Assembly (NCBI GenBank): GCA_029251785.1
Contig: JAQXCQ010000126.1
Coordinates: 13,702-77,701, forward strand
Origin: Maricaulis sp.
GTDB taxonomy: Bacteria; Pseudomonadota; Alphaproteobacteria; Caulobacterales; Maricaulaceae
Length of the DNA stretch: 64,000 bases
Reading direction: 5' to 3'
Each line of letters opens with the position of its first letter. The stretch's first letter is position 1. Under the pieces are notes generated by a model. The model did not search any database, was not told where the DNA came from, and worked only from the letters and a program-made list of their open reading frames with translations. Below, one piece after another: positions 29,894 to 39,833 of this stretch. The translations under genes and the position numbers were made by a program.

Positions 29894-30820
29894 CTAGCCC
29901 TTGCGATAGACCGCCTTATCCCAACGCCTGTGCACCCAGAACCACTGCTCCGGCGCATCTCGAATAACACTCTCGGCCCATTGATTGATACGCGTCACTG
30001 TCTCCACCACAGCGGTGGACTTGTTGTTATTCGCCGACAATTCAATCGGATCATGGATGGTGACGCGGAAGCGGACGCCGTCGAGGCGGCGAACGGAGAT
30101 CGGCATCAGCGGATAGCCATGGCGCATGGCGAGGCGGGTCGGGCCCGGCGCGGTCATTGACGGGTGGCCGAAGAACGGAGCCTCGACGCCATCATTCATT
30201 TTCTGATCGTTCATCAGGGCGACGGATTCGCCTTTTTTCAGCGCTCCGATCAGGGCCTTGGCGCCGTCTCCGCCCTTGGCGGCCATGAGTTTGACGCCGT
30301 AATCAGCGCGGGTCTTCATGATGCGATTGTCGATCAGCGGGTTATTGGCCGGGCGATAGGTGATGTGGCAATTGAGGCCGGTCTGCATGATGGCGGCGGC
30401 GGCGAGTTCCCAATTGGACTGGTGCATCGAGATGATGACCACTGCGCGGCCCTCATCGCGGGCGCGCTCGAGATGCTCGCGGCCGACAAATTCGACGCGT
30501 TCATTGAAGAAATCCGGATCGGCAAAGCGATGCATATTCGGCATCTCGCCAACCAGACGGCCAAACCCGTCCCACATCTGACCCAGCAAGCGGTCCAGCT
30601 CCGGCTCGGCAGCGTCGGGGAAACAGCGTTGCATATTGATGCGCGAGACTTTGTGGGTCGACGTCATCGGGCCGATCTTGCGCAGCAGGGCAGCGGCATT
30701 ATCGGAGGCGCGGTCTATGCCCATCGCGCGGAAGGCGCCGGAATAGCCATCCCAGGCGAGGGCTTCAAAATGGCGACCAATCTTGGTGGCCAGGGAGGCA
30801 TTGCGCTGCGCTTCGATCAT
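29894..30820 (-). CDS. lpxL: lipid A biosynthesis late acyltransferase (LpxL/HtrB family)
   Basis: HQSNWE (HX4D/E acyltransferase motif), family-typical length, directly downstream of lpxK. Confidence 0.82.
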   Translation of the reverse strand: MIEAQRNASLATKIGRHFEALAWDGYSGAFRAMGIDRASDNAAALLRKIGPMTSTHKVSRINMQRCFPDAAEPELDRLLGQMWDGFGRLVGEMPNMHRFADPDFFNERVEFVGREHLERARDEGRAVVIISMHQSNWELAAAAIMQTGLNCHITYRPANNPLIDNRIMKTRADYGVKLMAAKGGDGAKALIGALKKGESVALMNDQKMNDGVEAPFFGHPSMTAPGPTRLAMRHGYPLMPISVRRLDGVRFRVTIHDPIELSANNNKSTAVVETVTRINQWAESVIRDAPEQWFWVHRRWDKAVYRKG

Positions 30821-30829
30821 GATGTGGAT

Positions 30830-31852
30830 TTACCCGCCCGCAGCGGCGGCGTCGACCGCCGTGTCCACCAAAGATTCAAGCAGGGCGTCCAGGGCAGCGG
30901 GATTAGCGAATTGGGCCTGGATTGGCCAGATCTCGATCTCTCCCTGCATCTCGACAGGCAAGCGCACCCAATCCTTCTCGGTGGTGATCAGGCGGGCCTT
31001 GTGAGTTCGGGCGAGGTCGTGCAGGGCGGCAAGCTCAAGGGTGGTATAGGGATGATGGTCGGGGAAGGCCCGGGTTCCAACCAGATTGGCACCTGCGGCG
31101 GTAAGACTGTCGAAGACCTTGGCGGGGCGGCCGATGCCGGCGAAAGCGACAAGCGGCTCTTTGGGTGGGGTCTGTGTGGGTGCCAGCCAGGCGTGGAGGA
31201 TCGGGATTTCCAGATCAGCGAGGCAGAGACCTTCGTAATCGGGCGTGGTTTGGTCGTCTGGCATGATGACGATGACCGCATCGGCGCGGGCGAGACCATG
31301 CGCGACCTGCTCTCGTAGCGGCCCGGCGGGAAAGACACGGTTTGCGCCCCAGCCGGCGACACCGTCGATGACGCAAATGGACAGGTGCTTCTTCAGGGTC
31401 GGATTCTGGTGGCCATCATCCATGACGAGCATTTGCGCGCCGGATTTTGCGGCCTGCTTCGCGCCGGCCGGGCGATCACGCGATACCCAAACGGGCGCAG
31501 TGCGAGCGAGCAGTAAGGGTTCATCGCCGACCTGTGTCGCGTTGTGGAAATTTGGATCGACGCGGAGCGGGCCCTTTTCCTTGCCACCATAACCGCGCGA
31601 TAGGGTGTGGGCGGTCACACTCATGTCGGAGAGCCGTTTGAGAATGGTTTGGGTGATCGGGGTCTTGCCGGTTCCGCCCAGCGTTATATTACCGACGCAA
31701 ATGACGGGAATGCCAGGATCAACCGGCTCGGTCTTCGCGATGCGACGTGCGCCAGCCCAGCCATAAATCGCGGCGAGGGGCGAAAGGGCGAAGCGCGCCG
31801 CCCGGTGGAGTGGGCTATTGGCGTCGGCCTGCCAGAAGCCCGGCTCTTTCAT
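30830..31852 (-). CDS. lpxK: tetraacyldisaccharide 4'-kinase
   Basis: P-loop VICVGNITLGGTGKTP, SRGYGG; ATGA overlap with waaA stop. Confidence 0.93.
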   Translation of the reverse strand: MKEPGFWQADANSPLHRAARFALSPLAAIYGWAGARRIAKTEPVDPGIPVICVGNITLGGTGKTPITQTILKRLSDMSVTAHTLSRGYGGKEKGPLRVDPNFHNATQVGDEPLLLARTAPVWVSRDRPAGAKQAAKSGAQMLVMDDGHQNPTLKKHLSICVIDGVAGWGANRVFPAGPLREQVAHGLARADAVIVIMPDDQTTPDYEGLCLADLEIPILHAWLAPTQTPPKEPLVAFAGIGRPAKVFDSLTAAGANLVGTRAFPDHHPYTTLELAALHDLARTHKARLITTEKDWVRLPVEMQGEIEIWPIQAQFANPAALDALLESLVDTAVDAAAAGG

Positions 31853-33162
31853 GGTGTGATCTCCGCCAAATCTGACGCGGTATTATCGTTGGGGTCCGGC
31901 AGGAGAGCGATGACGGCATCAATTGTCGTTTGTAAGGCTCCGCCGGATGATTGGGCGATGGCGCGGGCGGCGTCATCCGGTGTCGGACCTCGATGATCCC
32001 AGACTGTTTCAACTGCGGCGGCCAGCTCGGTGGCATCCTTGACGATGATCGCAGCGTCATTGGCGCGAAAGCTGTCATACAGATCCTGGAAACTGGGAAA
32101 ATAGGGACCGGTGATGACGGTGGAGCCGGCCTGGCTGGCTTCAATGGGATTGTGGCCGCCGATGCCCGGTTTGAGACTGCCGGCGATCAGGGCCGCTGGA
32201 GCCACTGTGAACCAGAGCGGCATTTCGCCCAATGTGTCGGCGAGCCAGACGCGATCATTTGTGTGCGGGATTTCGTTTTTCGAGCGCTGGGCGCAGCCAT
32301 ATCCGTGAGCGCGGACCATGCGCGCGATCGCTTTGCCGCGTTCGGGGTGTCGCGGCGCGAGGATGAGAAGGCAATCAGGATGGGCTTCCAGCAAGATGTC
32401 GTGCGCCTTGAGGACAGTCTCTTCTTCGCCTTCATGGGTGGAGGCGGCGAGCCAGACCAGACGGCCGCTGACATTGACGTGGGCGGTCATAAGAGCGTGT
32501 GTGTCGGGGGGCTGGGCGCCCGCTTCCAGTTTGAGATTGCCGGCCAGAGCGATCGGTTGGTCGAGTAGTTTTGTCAGACCGTCATGGGTGCGCTGGTCGG
32601 CGGCGCCGATCCAGTTAAAGGCCCCAAATAGGTGGTTGGCGGTGGCACGGCGGGTGCGCCAACTGCGCAGGGATTTGTCATTCATGCGCGCATTGACGAG
32701 CGCCATCGGGATGCCGCGCTCTGAGGTCTCGAGCAGCAGGTTTGGCCAAATTTCAGACTCGGCAAAAATGGCGAGGTCGGGCTTCCAGTGATCGAGGAAA
32801 CCGCGGGCCGCTCCCGGAGTATCTATGGGCACATATTGGTGGCGTGCATTGGAGGCGAGACGGTTGGCCATCAATTCCGCCGAGGTGGTTGTGCCGGTGG
32901 TGACGAGGAAATTCCAGTCGGCGTGCAGGCCGCCAAGATGCTCGACGAGCGTGGCCAAGACCAGGCTTTCGCCAACGCTGGCACCGTGCAGCCAGATTAA
33001 AGTGCCCTCGGGGCGCAATTCGGTGGGTTTGCCCAGGCGTTCGTGTTTGCGAGCGGGATCTTCCTTGCCGCCCTTGGCGCGCCGATTAAGCAGATAGGGA
33101 AATAACGGCGCGGCCAGTCCGGTCAGAAGGCGATACACGGAGAGGACTGGCGGCAATGTCAC
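31849..33162 (-). CDS. waaA: 3-deoxy-D-manno-octulosonic acid (Kdo) transferase
   Basis: IWLHGASVGE motif and GT-B C-terminal half (GGSL.. GGHNPIEA). GTG start overlaps the upstream stop (GTGA). Confidence 0.93.
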   Translation of the reverse strand: MTLPPVLSVYRLLTGLAAPLFPYLLNRRAKGGKEDPARKHERLGKPTELRPEGTLIWLHGASVGESLVLATLVEHLGGLHADWNFLVTTGTTTSAELMANRLASNARHQYVPIDTPGAARGFLDHWKPDLAIFAESEIWPNLLLETSERGIPMALVNARMNDKSLRSWRTRRATANHLFGAFNWIGAADQRTHDGLTKLLDQPIALAGNLKLEAGAQPPDTHALMTAHVNVSGRLVWLAASTHEGEEETVLKAHDILLEAHPDCLLILAPRHPERGKAIARMVRAHGYGCAQRSKNEIPHTNDRVWLADTLGEMPLWFTVAPAALIAGSLKPGIGGHNPIEASQAGSTVITGPYFPSFQDLYDSFRANDAAIIVKDATELAAAVETVWDHRGPTPDDAARAIAQSSGGALQTTIDAVIALLPDPNDNTASDLAEITP

Positions 33163-33983
33163 TTTCCGACTTCCTTCGGATCCACGCGCAATTCTTCAGC
33201 CGGCTCAATGATTTCTCCGCCGACGGCTTCGTCGGCCTGGCGGCACAATTCGTTCATGCGCGTTTCAACCAGCAGACGGGCAGCCTCTAAATCTTCTGAG
33301 GAAAGGTTTTTGCCGATATGGATCGGTTCACCCCAGATTATAATACCCTTGGTAAAAAATTGAGGCAGGCAATGCTTGTCCCAGGCTTTGTGCAACACCC
33401 ATTTTCGGCGGGTCGACCAATTGAACGGCAGAATAGGCACGCCAGTTTCACTGGCCATCCTTATCGCGCCATAGCTGACGCGCATGCGCGGCCCGCGTGG
33501 GCCATCAGGTGTAACAACGCCACAACCGCCGGCGGAGAGGTGTGCACACATGGCGCGATATCCTGCCTCACCCCCTTTGTTTTTTTCCGGTTTTTTACGA
33601 TTGCGAGAGGACCCGCGCACGACGCTGGCGCCATAATACCGAACTAATTTCTCGCCCATATTTCCTTCGGCACTTCGTGAGGCGAGCGCGGTCATGCGAT
33701 CCATGTCCTTTTTCCACCCCTCCAGCGCCATCAAAATCCGGCCATGCCAAACGATGCCGAGTATTGGCAAGCCTTCGTCCCAAACACGATTGATGTGTTC
33801 CGCGCCACGGACCTCCCACCGGATCGAACGTCGCACCAGCTCGATATAGGCAAAGGCCAGGAAGGCGACGATCTCCTGGAACCAGTTCTTGGTCAGCAAT
33901 TGTTTCAACATAACCTGTTCTAGCTCGCTCTGCCTGAACAAAACGTCAAGCGTTGCGCGCGGTTGCCTCTGTGCCTTGGACAT
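33159..33983 (-). CDS. DUF374-type lysophospholipid-acyltransferase-like protein
   Basis: GIVWHGRILM...SRSAEG...GGCGVVTPDGPRGPR pattern; conserved position upstream of waaA. Alternative start at ATG 33911. Confidence 0.78.
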   Translation of the reverse strand: MSKAQRQPRATLDVLFRQSELEQVMLKQLLTKNWFQEIVAFLAFAYIELVRRSIRWEVRGAEHINRVWDEGLPILGIVWHGRILMALEGWKKDMDRMTALASRSAEGNMGEKLVRYYGASVVRGSSRNRKKPEKNKGGEAGYRAMCAHLSAGGCGVVTPDGPRGPRMRVSYGAIRMASETGVPILPFNWSTRRKWVLHKAWDKHCLPQFFTKGIIIWGEPIHIGKNLSSEDLEAARLLVETRMNELCRQADEAVGGEIIEPAEELRVDPKEVGK

Positions 33984-34015
33984 CCTAAATCGTCTTCAAG
34001 CAGGAAAGATATTTC

Positions 34016-34678
34016 ATGGCGTACGATCTAAGTGACCCGAAAGACTATAAACGCGCCTGGAGCGCTTATTTGTGGAAGGATCATGGCGTGCTTCGCCTGC
34101 GCTTTCACAATATGCACGAGGTGGGTGGCGGCATGTGGCGCGCCAATCAACCCTCGCCGGATCGTCTTGCTGTGCTTAAGGATCAGGGCTTCAAAACGAT
34201 CCTGAATATTCGCGGTACCCAGCCCGGTGTTTGCTATTACGATCTTGAGCATGAGGCTTGCGATCGTCTTGGCATGGCCATCCATGATCTCCCGTTTGGT
34301 TCACGAGAGGCGCCGTATGTGGATCGCATTGAGCGTCTGGTGAAAATCTTTGAGACAATGGAATTTCCGGCAATGCTGCACTGCAAGTCCGGTGCAGACC
34401 GAGCGGGCATTATTTCGGTTTTATTCCTTTTGATCCATGAAAAGCGACCCTTTGAGGAAGCGATCCAACATCTGTCGCTCAAATATTTGCACGTGAAAGC
34501 CGGCAAAACTGGCATGCTGGACCATTTCTTCGAGACCTACCGCTTGTACAATGAGCACACGCCGATCGAGTTCATGGAATGGGTCCGCACGGTTTATGAC
34601 CGCCAAGCGGTGCATGACAGCTTCATGGCGAACTGGTGGGGCAGCTTCCTGACCGAGCGTGTATTGCGGCGCGAATAG
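34016..34678 (+). CDS. CX5R cysteine phosphatase (tyrosine/dual-specificity, Siw14/PFA-DSP-like family)
   Basis: P-loop HCKSGADRAG; upstream WRANQPSPDRLAVLKDQGFKTILNIRG. AGGAAAG RBS. Confidence 0.8.
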   Translation: MAYDLSDPKDYKRAWSAYLWKDHGVLRLRFHNMHEVGGGMWRANQPSPDRLAVLKDQGFKTILNIRGTQPGVCYYDLEHEACDRLGMAIHDLPFGSREAPYVDRIERLVKIFETMEFPAMLHCKSGADRAGIISVLFLLIHEKRPFEEAIQHLSLKYLHVKAGKTGMLDHFFETYRLYNEHTPIEFMEWVRTVYDRQAVHDSFMANWWGSFLTERVLRRE

Positions 34679-34723
34679 CCCTGTTGCGCACCGGAATCCA
34701 TCTGGATTGAGCTCGTAGAGCCC

Positions 34724-36490
34724 TTATTTGCCCGAATCCTCATCCGCGCCGAATTGCATCTCGCACAGTTTCGAGTAGGTGCCGGCGCGGGCAACCAGAT
34801 CATCGTGCCGACCTTCTTCAACGACCTGGCCGTCTTCCATCACATAAATCCAGTCAGCATTGCGAATGGTTGATAGGCGATGCGCGATGACCAGAGTGGT
34901 CCGCCCCTTTGAGAGATGTTCAAGTGCCTCTTGGACGCGGCGTTCAGATTTGGTGTCCAACGCGCTGGTCGCCTCGTCGAGCAGCAAAATGGGCGCATCC
35001 TTGAGGATGGCACGGGCAATAGACAAGCGTTGCCGTTGACCGCCGGACAGATTGCCGCCGCGCTGACCGACGGGGCTGTCATAGCCTTCGGCGGTTTCCA
35101 TAATGAAGTCATGGGCGTCGGCTGATTTGGCGGCGGCGATGATTTCATCGTCGCTGGCATCCAATTTTCCGAAGGCAATATTGGCGCGAATCGTATCATT
35201 GAACAGGGTGACGTCCTGGCTGACGAGCGCCAGCGACTGGCGCAAGGAGGTGAGCGAGACAGCACGCACGTCATTATTATCAATCTGAACACGGCCCGAT
35301 GTGGCGTCATACAGGCGGGGTATCAGATTGAGGACTGTTGACTTGCCAGAGCCGGACGCCCCGACCAGAGCAACAGTTTTCCCGGGCGCTGCCTTGATCG
35401 AGACACCGCGCAGAGCCGGTGTACCGTCAGGATAGGCGAAGTGAACATCGGCCAGGGCCAAATGGCCGCTTTCAACTTTGAGCGATGGCGCGTCGAGGGC
35501 GCTTGTGATGGTCTCTTCTTCATCGAGTACATCGAACACCCGCTGGAGTACCGCGAAGCCTTCCTGCACCACGGCATTAAGTGTGCCCAGCGCCCGCACA
35601 GCGGGAGACAGGACGGCGAGAAGGACCAGAATGCCGATGATGTTTCCGATCGAGGTCTGTCCCTCTATCAGGCGCAGACCGGCAAAGGCGATCAGACCAG
35701 CGAAGGCGGCGCCGCCGACGATCTCCAGAATGGGGTCAACGCGGGCCTTGTTTTCGGTAATTTTTAGCAGCAGCCGGAAACGCTCGGCGAAGGATTTGCG
35801 GGCGCGTTTGGCTTCATTGTCTTCCAGCCCGTAGGTCTTGACCATGCGTGTGCCAGAGAAGCTTTCTTCGACCAAGCTGGTGACTTCGCCCATTTGTGAT
35901 TGGGCGCTGGCGGAGGTTTTACGCAGACGTTCGCCGATCTTGATGACCGGATAGAATGCGATTGGATAAACGACAAGAATTAGGATTGTCAGCATCCAAT
36001 CCATGGCCAGCATGAATCCGACGGCACCCAGAACCGTCAAACTATCGCGCATCAGATTGTTGAACAGGCGAACCAGAGTTTCGCGCAGCAGGGTTATGTC
36101 GTTGGTGAAGCGCGAGACCAGCTTTCCGACAGGTTCGGACTGGAGTCGGGCAAAGTCGGCATGGACAAATTTGGCAAACATCTGGTTCTGGATGTCTTCC
36201 ATCACGCCAAGGGCAAGCCGGTTGGTCTGGACCGTCTGCAGGTAGAGACTGGTGGAGCGAATGATTGCCAGGCCAATGACGGCCAGTGGGGCGATCGGGA
36301 AAAAACTGGCATCACCCAGATTAAGCAGGTCGAACGTCCATTGGATCAACTTGCCATAACTGGTGACAGCACCGGCGGTAATGGCGGCGAGGATGACGGT
36401 GATCGTGACAAGCGGCCATTTTGGAGCCAGCCAGTCACGCCAGAGGCGACCGGCGAGGGCCTTCGTCGAAAGGGGCTTTTGATCACTCAC
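34724..36490 (-). CDS. msbA: ABC exporter, fused permease/ATPase, MsbA-like (lipid A flippase candidate)
   Basis: 6-TM N-terminal half; Walker A GASGSGKST, signature LSGGQRQR, Walker B ILLLDEATSALD. Context with the lipid A genes. GTG start. Confidence 0.88.
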   Translation of the reverse strand: MSDQKPLSTKALAGRLWRDWLAPKWPLVTITVILAAITAGAVTSYGKLIQWTFDLLNLGDASFFPIAPLAVIGLAIIRSTSLYLQTVQTNRLALGVMEDIQNQMFAKFVHADFARLQSEPVGKLVSRFTNDITLLRETLVRLFNNLMRDSLTVLGAVGFMLAMDWMLTILILVVYPIAFYPVIKIGERLRKTSASAQSQMGEVTSLVEESFSGTRMVKTYGLEDNEAKRARKSFAERFRLLLKITENKARVDPILEIVGGAAFAGLIAFAGLRLIEGQTSIGNIIGILVLLAVLSPAVRALGTLNAVVQEGFAVLQRVFDVLDEEETITSALDAPSLKVESGHLALADVHFAYPDGTPALRGVSIKAAPGKTVALVGASGSGKSTVLNLIPRLYDATSGRVQIDNNDVRAVSLTSLRQSLALVSQDVTLFNDTIRANIAFGKLDASDDEIIAAAKSADAHDFIMETAEGYDSPVGQRGGNLSGGQRQRLSIARAILKDAPILLLDEATSALDTKSERRVQEALEHLSKGRTTLVIAHRLSTIRNADWIYVMEDGQVVEEGRHDDLVARAGTYSKLCEMQFGADEDSGK

Positions 36491-36505
36491 GACGATGATC
36501 CGCCG

Positions 36506-36748
36506 CTATTTCTTTTCGGCTGCCGGGTCGAGCAGCTTGTGGGCGTGGAGAATGAAATAGCGCATATGGGCATTGTCGACAGTCCGCTGGGAGGCGCCCT
36601 TCCAGGCGGCACGCGCTTCGGCATAACTGCCGAAGGCACCGACAAAATCGACCGCGTCGAGGTCCTTGAATTCGCAATTGTCAGGTGTCACGCAAAGCAA
36701 TTCGCCACCGATTACGATGTGCAAGAGTTGGGAGTTGATGTCGCTCAT
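36506..36748 (-). CDS. small conserved protein (DUF4170-like by recollection)
   Basis: 80 aa; LHIVIGGEL...FKDLDAVDFVGAFGSYAEARAAWKGASQRTVDNAHMRYFILHAHKLLDP. Confidence 0.68.
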   Translation of the reverse strand: MSDINSQLLHIVIGGELLCVTPDNCEFKDLDAVDFVGAFGSYAEARAAWKGASQRTVDNAHMRYFILHAHKLLDPAAEKK

Positions 36749-36807
36749 GGCTGGATCCGGGTTGGGGGTTGCTCGGGGTATTTGACGTATATGTGTCTCA
36801 AAAGGCT

Positions 36808-38169
36808 TTAAAGACCGCCAACAGACATGGCATCGACCAAAACGCTGGGCGAATTCATGGAGCTACGGAATTTGAGATCGCTGGCAGGTATAAGCCGGCC
36901 AAAGATATCAACCAAATTACCGGCAACGGTGATCTCGCTGACCGGGTAATCGATCTTGCCCTTGGTGATCTTGTAGCCGGACACGCCAACCGACCAATCG
37001 CCGGTATTGGAATTGAGCGATGGACCAAACATTTCCATGATCAGAACACCTTCATCGATGCCGCCGATCATGTCGTCACGGCTGATCTTGCCAGCTTCCA
37101 TGTGAAGATTGGTCGGTCCGGCTCCGGGCGGTCCGCCCATATTGCGGCGGGCATGGCCTGTTGGTGCCATGTCGAGCTGACGGGCCGAGGCGGAGTTCAT
37201 CAGCCAGGTGATCAGGCGACCGTTCTCGATCAGGTGCGATCGGGAATTGCGTGTGCCTTCGCCGTCAAACGGGCTGGAGGCATGGCCCCAATCGCGATGC
37301 GGGTCGTCGATGATATTGATGTCGCTGGAGAAGACCTGCTCGCCCAGCTTTTCGCGCAAGAAGGACACGCCGCGGGCCACGGCGGGACCACTGATGGCTC
37401 CACACATGGCGCCCATGAATGTGGTTGCGACCTTGCGGTCGAACACGACAGGCAGGGTTGCGCTGGGGATTTTTGTCGGTCCGAGGCGACGCACAACTTG
37501 TTCGCCGGCTTCGACACCGATTTCCTCGATCGACCGCAGGTCAGCCGGACGGCGGGCACCGGTTGCGGCATAGTCGCGCTCCATAGCCCCGTCGCGTTCG
37601 GCGATGACGCTGATGCCATAGCTGAAAATGGATTTGTGCCAACCCTTATTGAAGCCGGTGGAAGTGGCATAAGCCGCGCCACCCGTGCCGGTGCTGGCGA
37701 AACTGCTCTCGGTCATCGTCACGCCATCAACGCCGCGAGCGATCTTCTCAATATCGTTGGCGGTGGCTTCCAGATCGGCAGGGGTCCAATGCGTGTCGTC
37801 AAAAAGCTGGATTTCCGGCGGTGCTGTTTCGAGACGCTCCCGCTCAGCCAGAGCGGAATAAGGATCTTCCGGAGCAGCCTTTGCCATCGCGACGGCGCGG
37901 GCAATCGCGGTTTCTCGGCCATTGGTGGACAGATCTGAAAAGGCGACGCCGGCCTGTTGCTTGCCGACGAATACTCGCAGGCCCGCTTCGAGGGATTCAG
38001 AGCGCTCGATATCTTCCAGCTTGCCGTCGCGGACGGACAGCTCGGTGGAGCGCGATTCCCCGACCGAGGCCTCGGCGGCATCGGCGCCAAGGCGACGGGC
38101 GGTTTTGATCAGATCGGCGGCAATTTCTTGCAATCCGGCGGAGTTCGGTGCGTCGGGAGTTTTGCTCAT
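36808..38169 (-). CDS. pmbA: TldD/PmbA-family metalloprotease (PmbA-like)
   Basis: 453 aa; family-typical N-terminus (GADAAEASVGESRSTELSVRDGKLEDIERSES) and C-terminus (GDWSVGVSGYKITKGKIDYPVSEITVAGNLVDIF). Confidence 0.9.
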   Translation of the reverse strand: MSKTPDAPNSAGLQEIAADLIKTARRLGADAAEASVGESRSTELSVRDGKLEDIERSESLEAGLRVFVGKQQAGVAFSDLSTNGRETAIARAVAMAKAAPEDPYSALAERERLETAPPEIQLFDDTHWTPADLEATANDIEKIARGVDGVTMTESSFASTGTGGAAYATSTGFNKGWHKSIFSYGISVIAERDGAMERDYAATGARRPADLRSIEEIGVEAGEQVVRRLGPTKIPSATLPVVFDRKVATTFMGAMCGAISGPAVARGVSFLREKLGEQVFSSDINIIDDPHRDWGHASSPFDGEGTRNSRSHLIENGRLITWLMNSASARQLDMAPTGHARRNMGGPPGAGPTNLHMEAGKISRDDMIGGIDEGVLIMEMFGPSLNSNTGDWSVGVSGYKITKGKIDYPVSEITVAGNLVDIFGRLIPASDLKFRSSMNSPSVLVDAMSVGGL

Positions 38170-38208
38170 AATTTCGCTATAGCCGTGCCCCCGGATCGGG
38201 GCAATGGG

Positions 38209-38601
38209 CTAACTGAATGCGGCCATGAGACAAAGTGCTGCGGTGGCAAGAAAACCGAGCCATGAAAGGCCGGTTCCCGCCAGGCGTCCAAAGCTCGGCC
38301 CGTAGCTTGTCAGAACGCCATGCGCGTAGAGCAGGCGGCCAATGACCAGCATCGTGCCGAGCACATGAATGTAGAGTGTCTCTGTGCCGAGCATGACCAG
38401 GATGATCAGACCGAGCAGCGCAATGGGAAGGTTTTCCGCGGTGTTACCATGCGCACGACAGGCCTGTTCCAGCGCGCGATCCTTGCCGGTGCCGAGGCTG
38501 ATCTTCGCGCGACGCCGATTGCGACTGACATTGATGCCAAGGAAAATCAGAATGAGAATATTGAGGCCCGCATAGAGGGCCAGGGCCGGGAGGGCGGTCA
38601 T
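38209..38601 (-). CDS. MAPEG-family membrane protein
   Basis: 130 aa, 3-4 TM; RRAKISLGTG...RAHGNTAENLPIALL motif typical of MAPEG. Confidence 0.78.
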   Translation of the reverse strand: MTALPALALYAGLNILILIFLGINVSRNRRRAKISLGTGKDRALEQACRAHGNTAENLPIALLGLIILVMLGTETLYIHVLGTMLVIGRLLYAHGVLTSYGPSFGRLAGTGLSWLGFLATAALCLMAAFS

Positions 38602-38624
38602 GAGCGTGCTCCGTTTGAATTGAT

Positions 38625-39035
38625 TTAGCTACAGGCCATCACGCCTTCGGTGAGGAAGGATATCGCCTCAATTCCAACGCGCGCGCCGTTGTCCTGGGCG
38701 ATGCGGTTGGCCTGGGCGCTGTCACCCAGTGTGGTGGCGGTGAGATAGGCCTTGGCCGGGACGCTGAGCCGCTCATTGGCCTCATTGTCCATGCACTGGC
38801 ACATTTCCAGAGACCATTCGCCCTGGTCGACGCAGGCAGATGCGTAGGCGCTGAGATGGGTATCGGTCGTCGCGAGTGGAGGCGAAGCCTCGCGGTTCGC
38901 GCTTTCATGGTTATAGGCGGTATTTTCGCGTTCGGACGCGTCGGTGCCGCCGTCAGTGCCCGAGTGGGTTGTGCTATCGCTGCAGGCACTCAGGCCAAGT
39001 GCTGCGATGGCGGCGAGCCAGTTGAAACGCGACAT
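38625..39035 (-). CDS. hypothetical Cys-containing lipoprotein
   Basis: Lipobox MSRFNWLAAIAALGLSAC; GGGGAGA RBS; no family recognised. Confidence 0.65.
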   Translation of the reverse strand: MSRFNWLAAIAALGLSACSDSTTHSGTDGGTDASERENTAYNHESANREASPPLATTDTHLSAYASACVDQGEWSLEMCQCMDNEANERLSVPAKAYLTATTLGDSAQANRIAQDNGARVGIEAISFLTEGVMACS

Positions 39036-39111
39036 TGTAGTTTCTCCCCAAAATCGTGTTCTGAGCGCATATCAGCTTATATTGCTGTGATAAGAAAGTG
39101 CTGTCTGCGAA

Positions 39112-39768
39112 TTAGCCGGATGCGGGATTAGCGGCGGCTTCGCGGATGGCTTTGGCTAACTCTTCGGCCGGCTGGGCGCCGGAGACGGCAAATTGGCCGT
39201 TGAAAATATAGCACGGTACCCCGGAGACACCCAGATCGCGATAAAATTGCTCTTCCTCGACGATCTGCTTGCGGTCTGCATCGCCGGCGAGAAGGTCGGC
39301 GGTGAGTTGTTCTTCCAGCCCGACGCTTCCGGCCAATTCGGCAAGAACCGCCGGATCGCCAATGTCGCGGCCGTTTGCGAAGAAGGCCTCGAACAGGGCT
39401 TCAATCATCGGCTCGACGCGGTCCTGGCCTGTGGCCCAGCGCAACAGACGATGGGCATTAAGCGTGTTGGGACGGATCGGGATATTGTCGAAGTCGAAAT
39501 GGATGCCGGCCTCGGGCGCGGCGGCTTCAAGATGGTCGCGCATTTGTTGCCAGCGCGAGGCGTTCTCGCCGGAGAATTTGGCCTTCATATACTCGCGATA
39601 GGGTTTGCCCTCGGGCGCAATGGACGCGTCGAGCTGGAAGGGTCTCCAGGTGACTTGGGTCTTGATGCCCGGCGTCAGTTTGACGGCGGCATCCCAATTG
39701 CGCTTACCAAGCCAGCACCAGGGACAGACGATATCGGCGACTATGTCGACAGTTACAGTTTTGCTCAT
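39112..39768 (-). CDS. DsbA-family (FrnE/HCCA-isomerase-like) thiol oxidoreductase
   Basis: VDIVADIVCPWCWLG active site, 218 aa thioredoxin fold. Confidence 0.9.
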   Translation of the reverse strand: MSKTVTVDIVADIVCPWCWLGKRNWDAAVKLTPGIKTQVTWRPFQLDASIAPEGKPYREYMKAKFSGENASRWQQMRDHLEAAAPEAGIHFDFDNIPIRPNTLNAHRLLRWATGQDRVEPMIEALFEAFFANGRDIGDPAVLAELAGSVGLEEQLTADLLAGDADRKQIVEEEQFYRDLGVSGVPCYIFNGQFAVSGAQPAEELAKAIREAAANPASG

Positions 39769-39833
39769 GGCTGGGGAGATAGTCGTTGGCGCGAGAAAAG
39801 GCGAGTGGGGGCTCCAGTAAACGCGCGTGGGAC

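Noticed and set aside
30164-31318. 384-aa plus-strand ORF
   Set aside because: Antisense to lpxL/lpxK. Gly/Asp/Ala-rich shadow translation with no motifs, while the minus-strand genes carry clear family signatures.
36769-37938. 389-aa plus-strand ORF
   Set aside because: Antisense shadow of pmbA; no recognisable domain.
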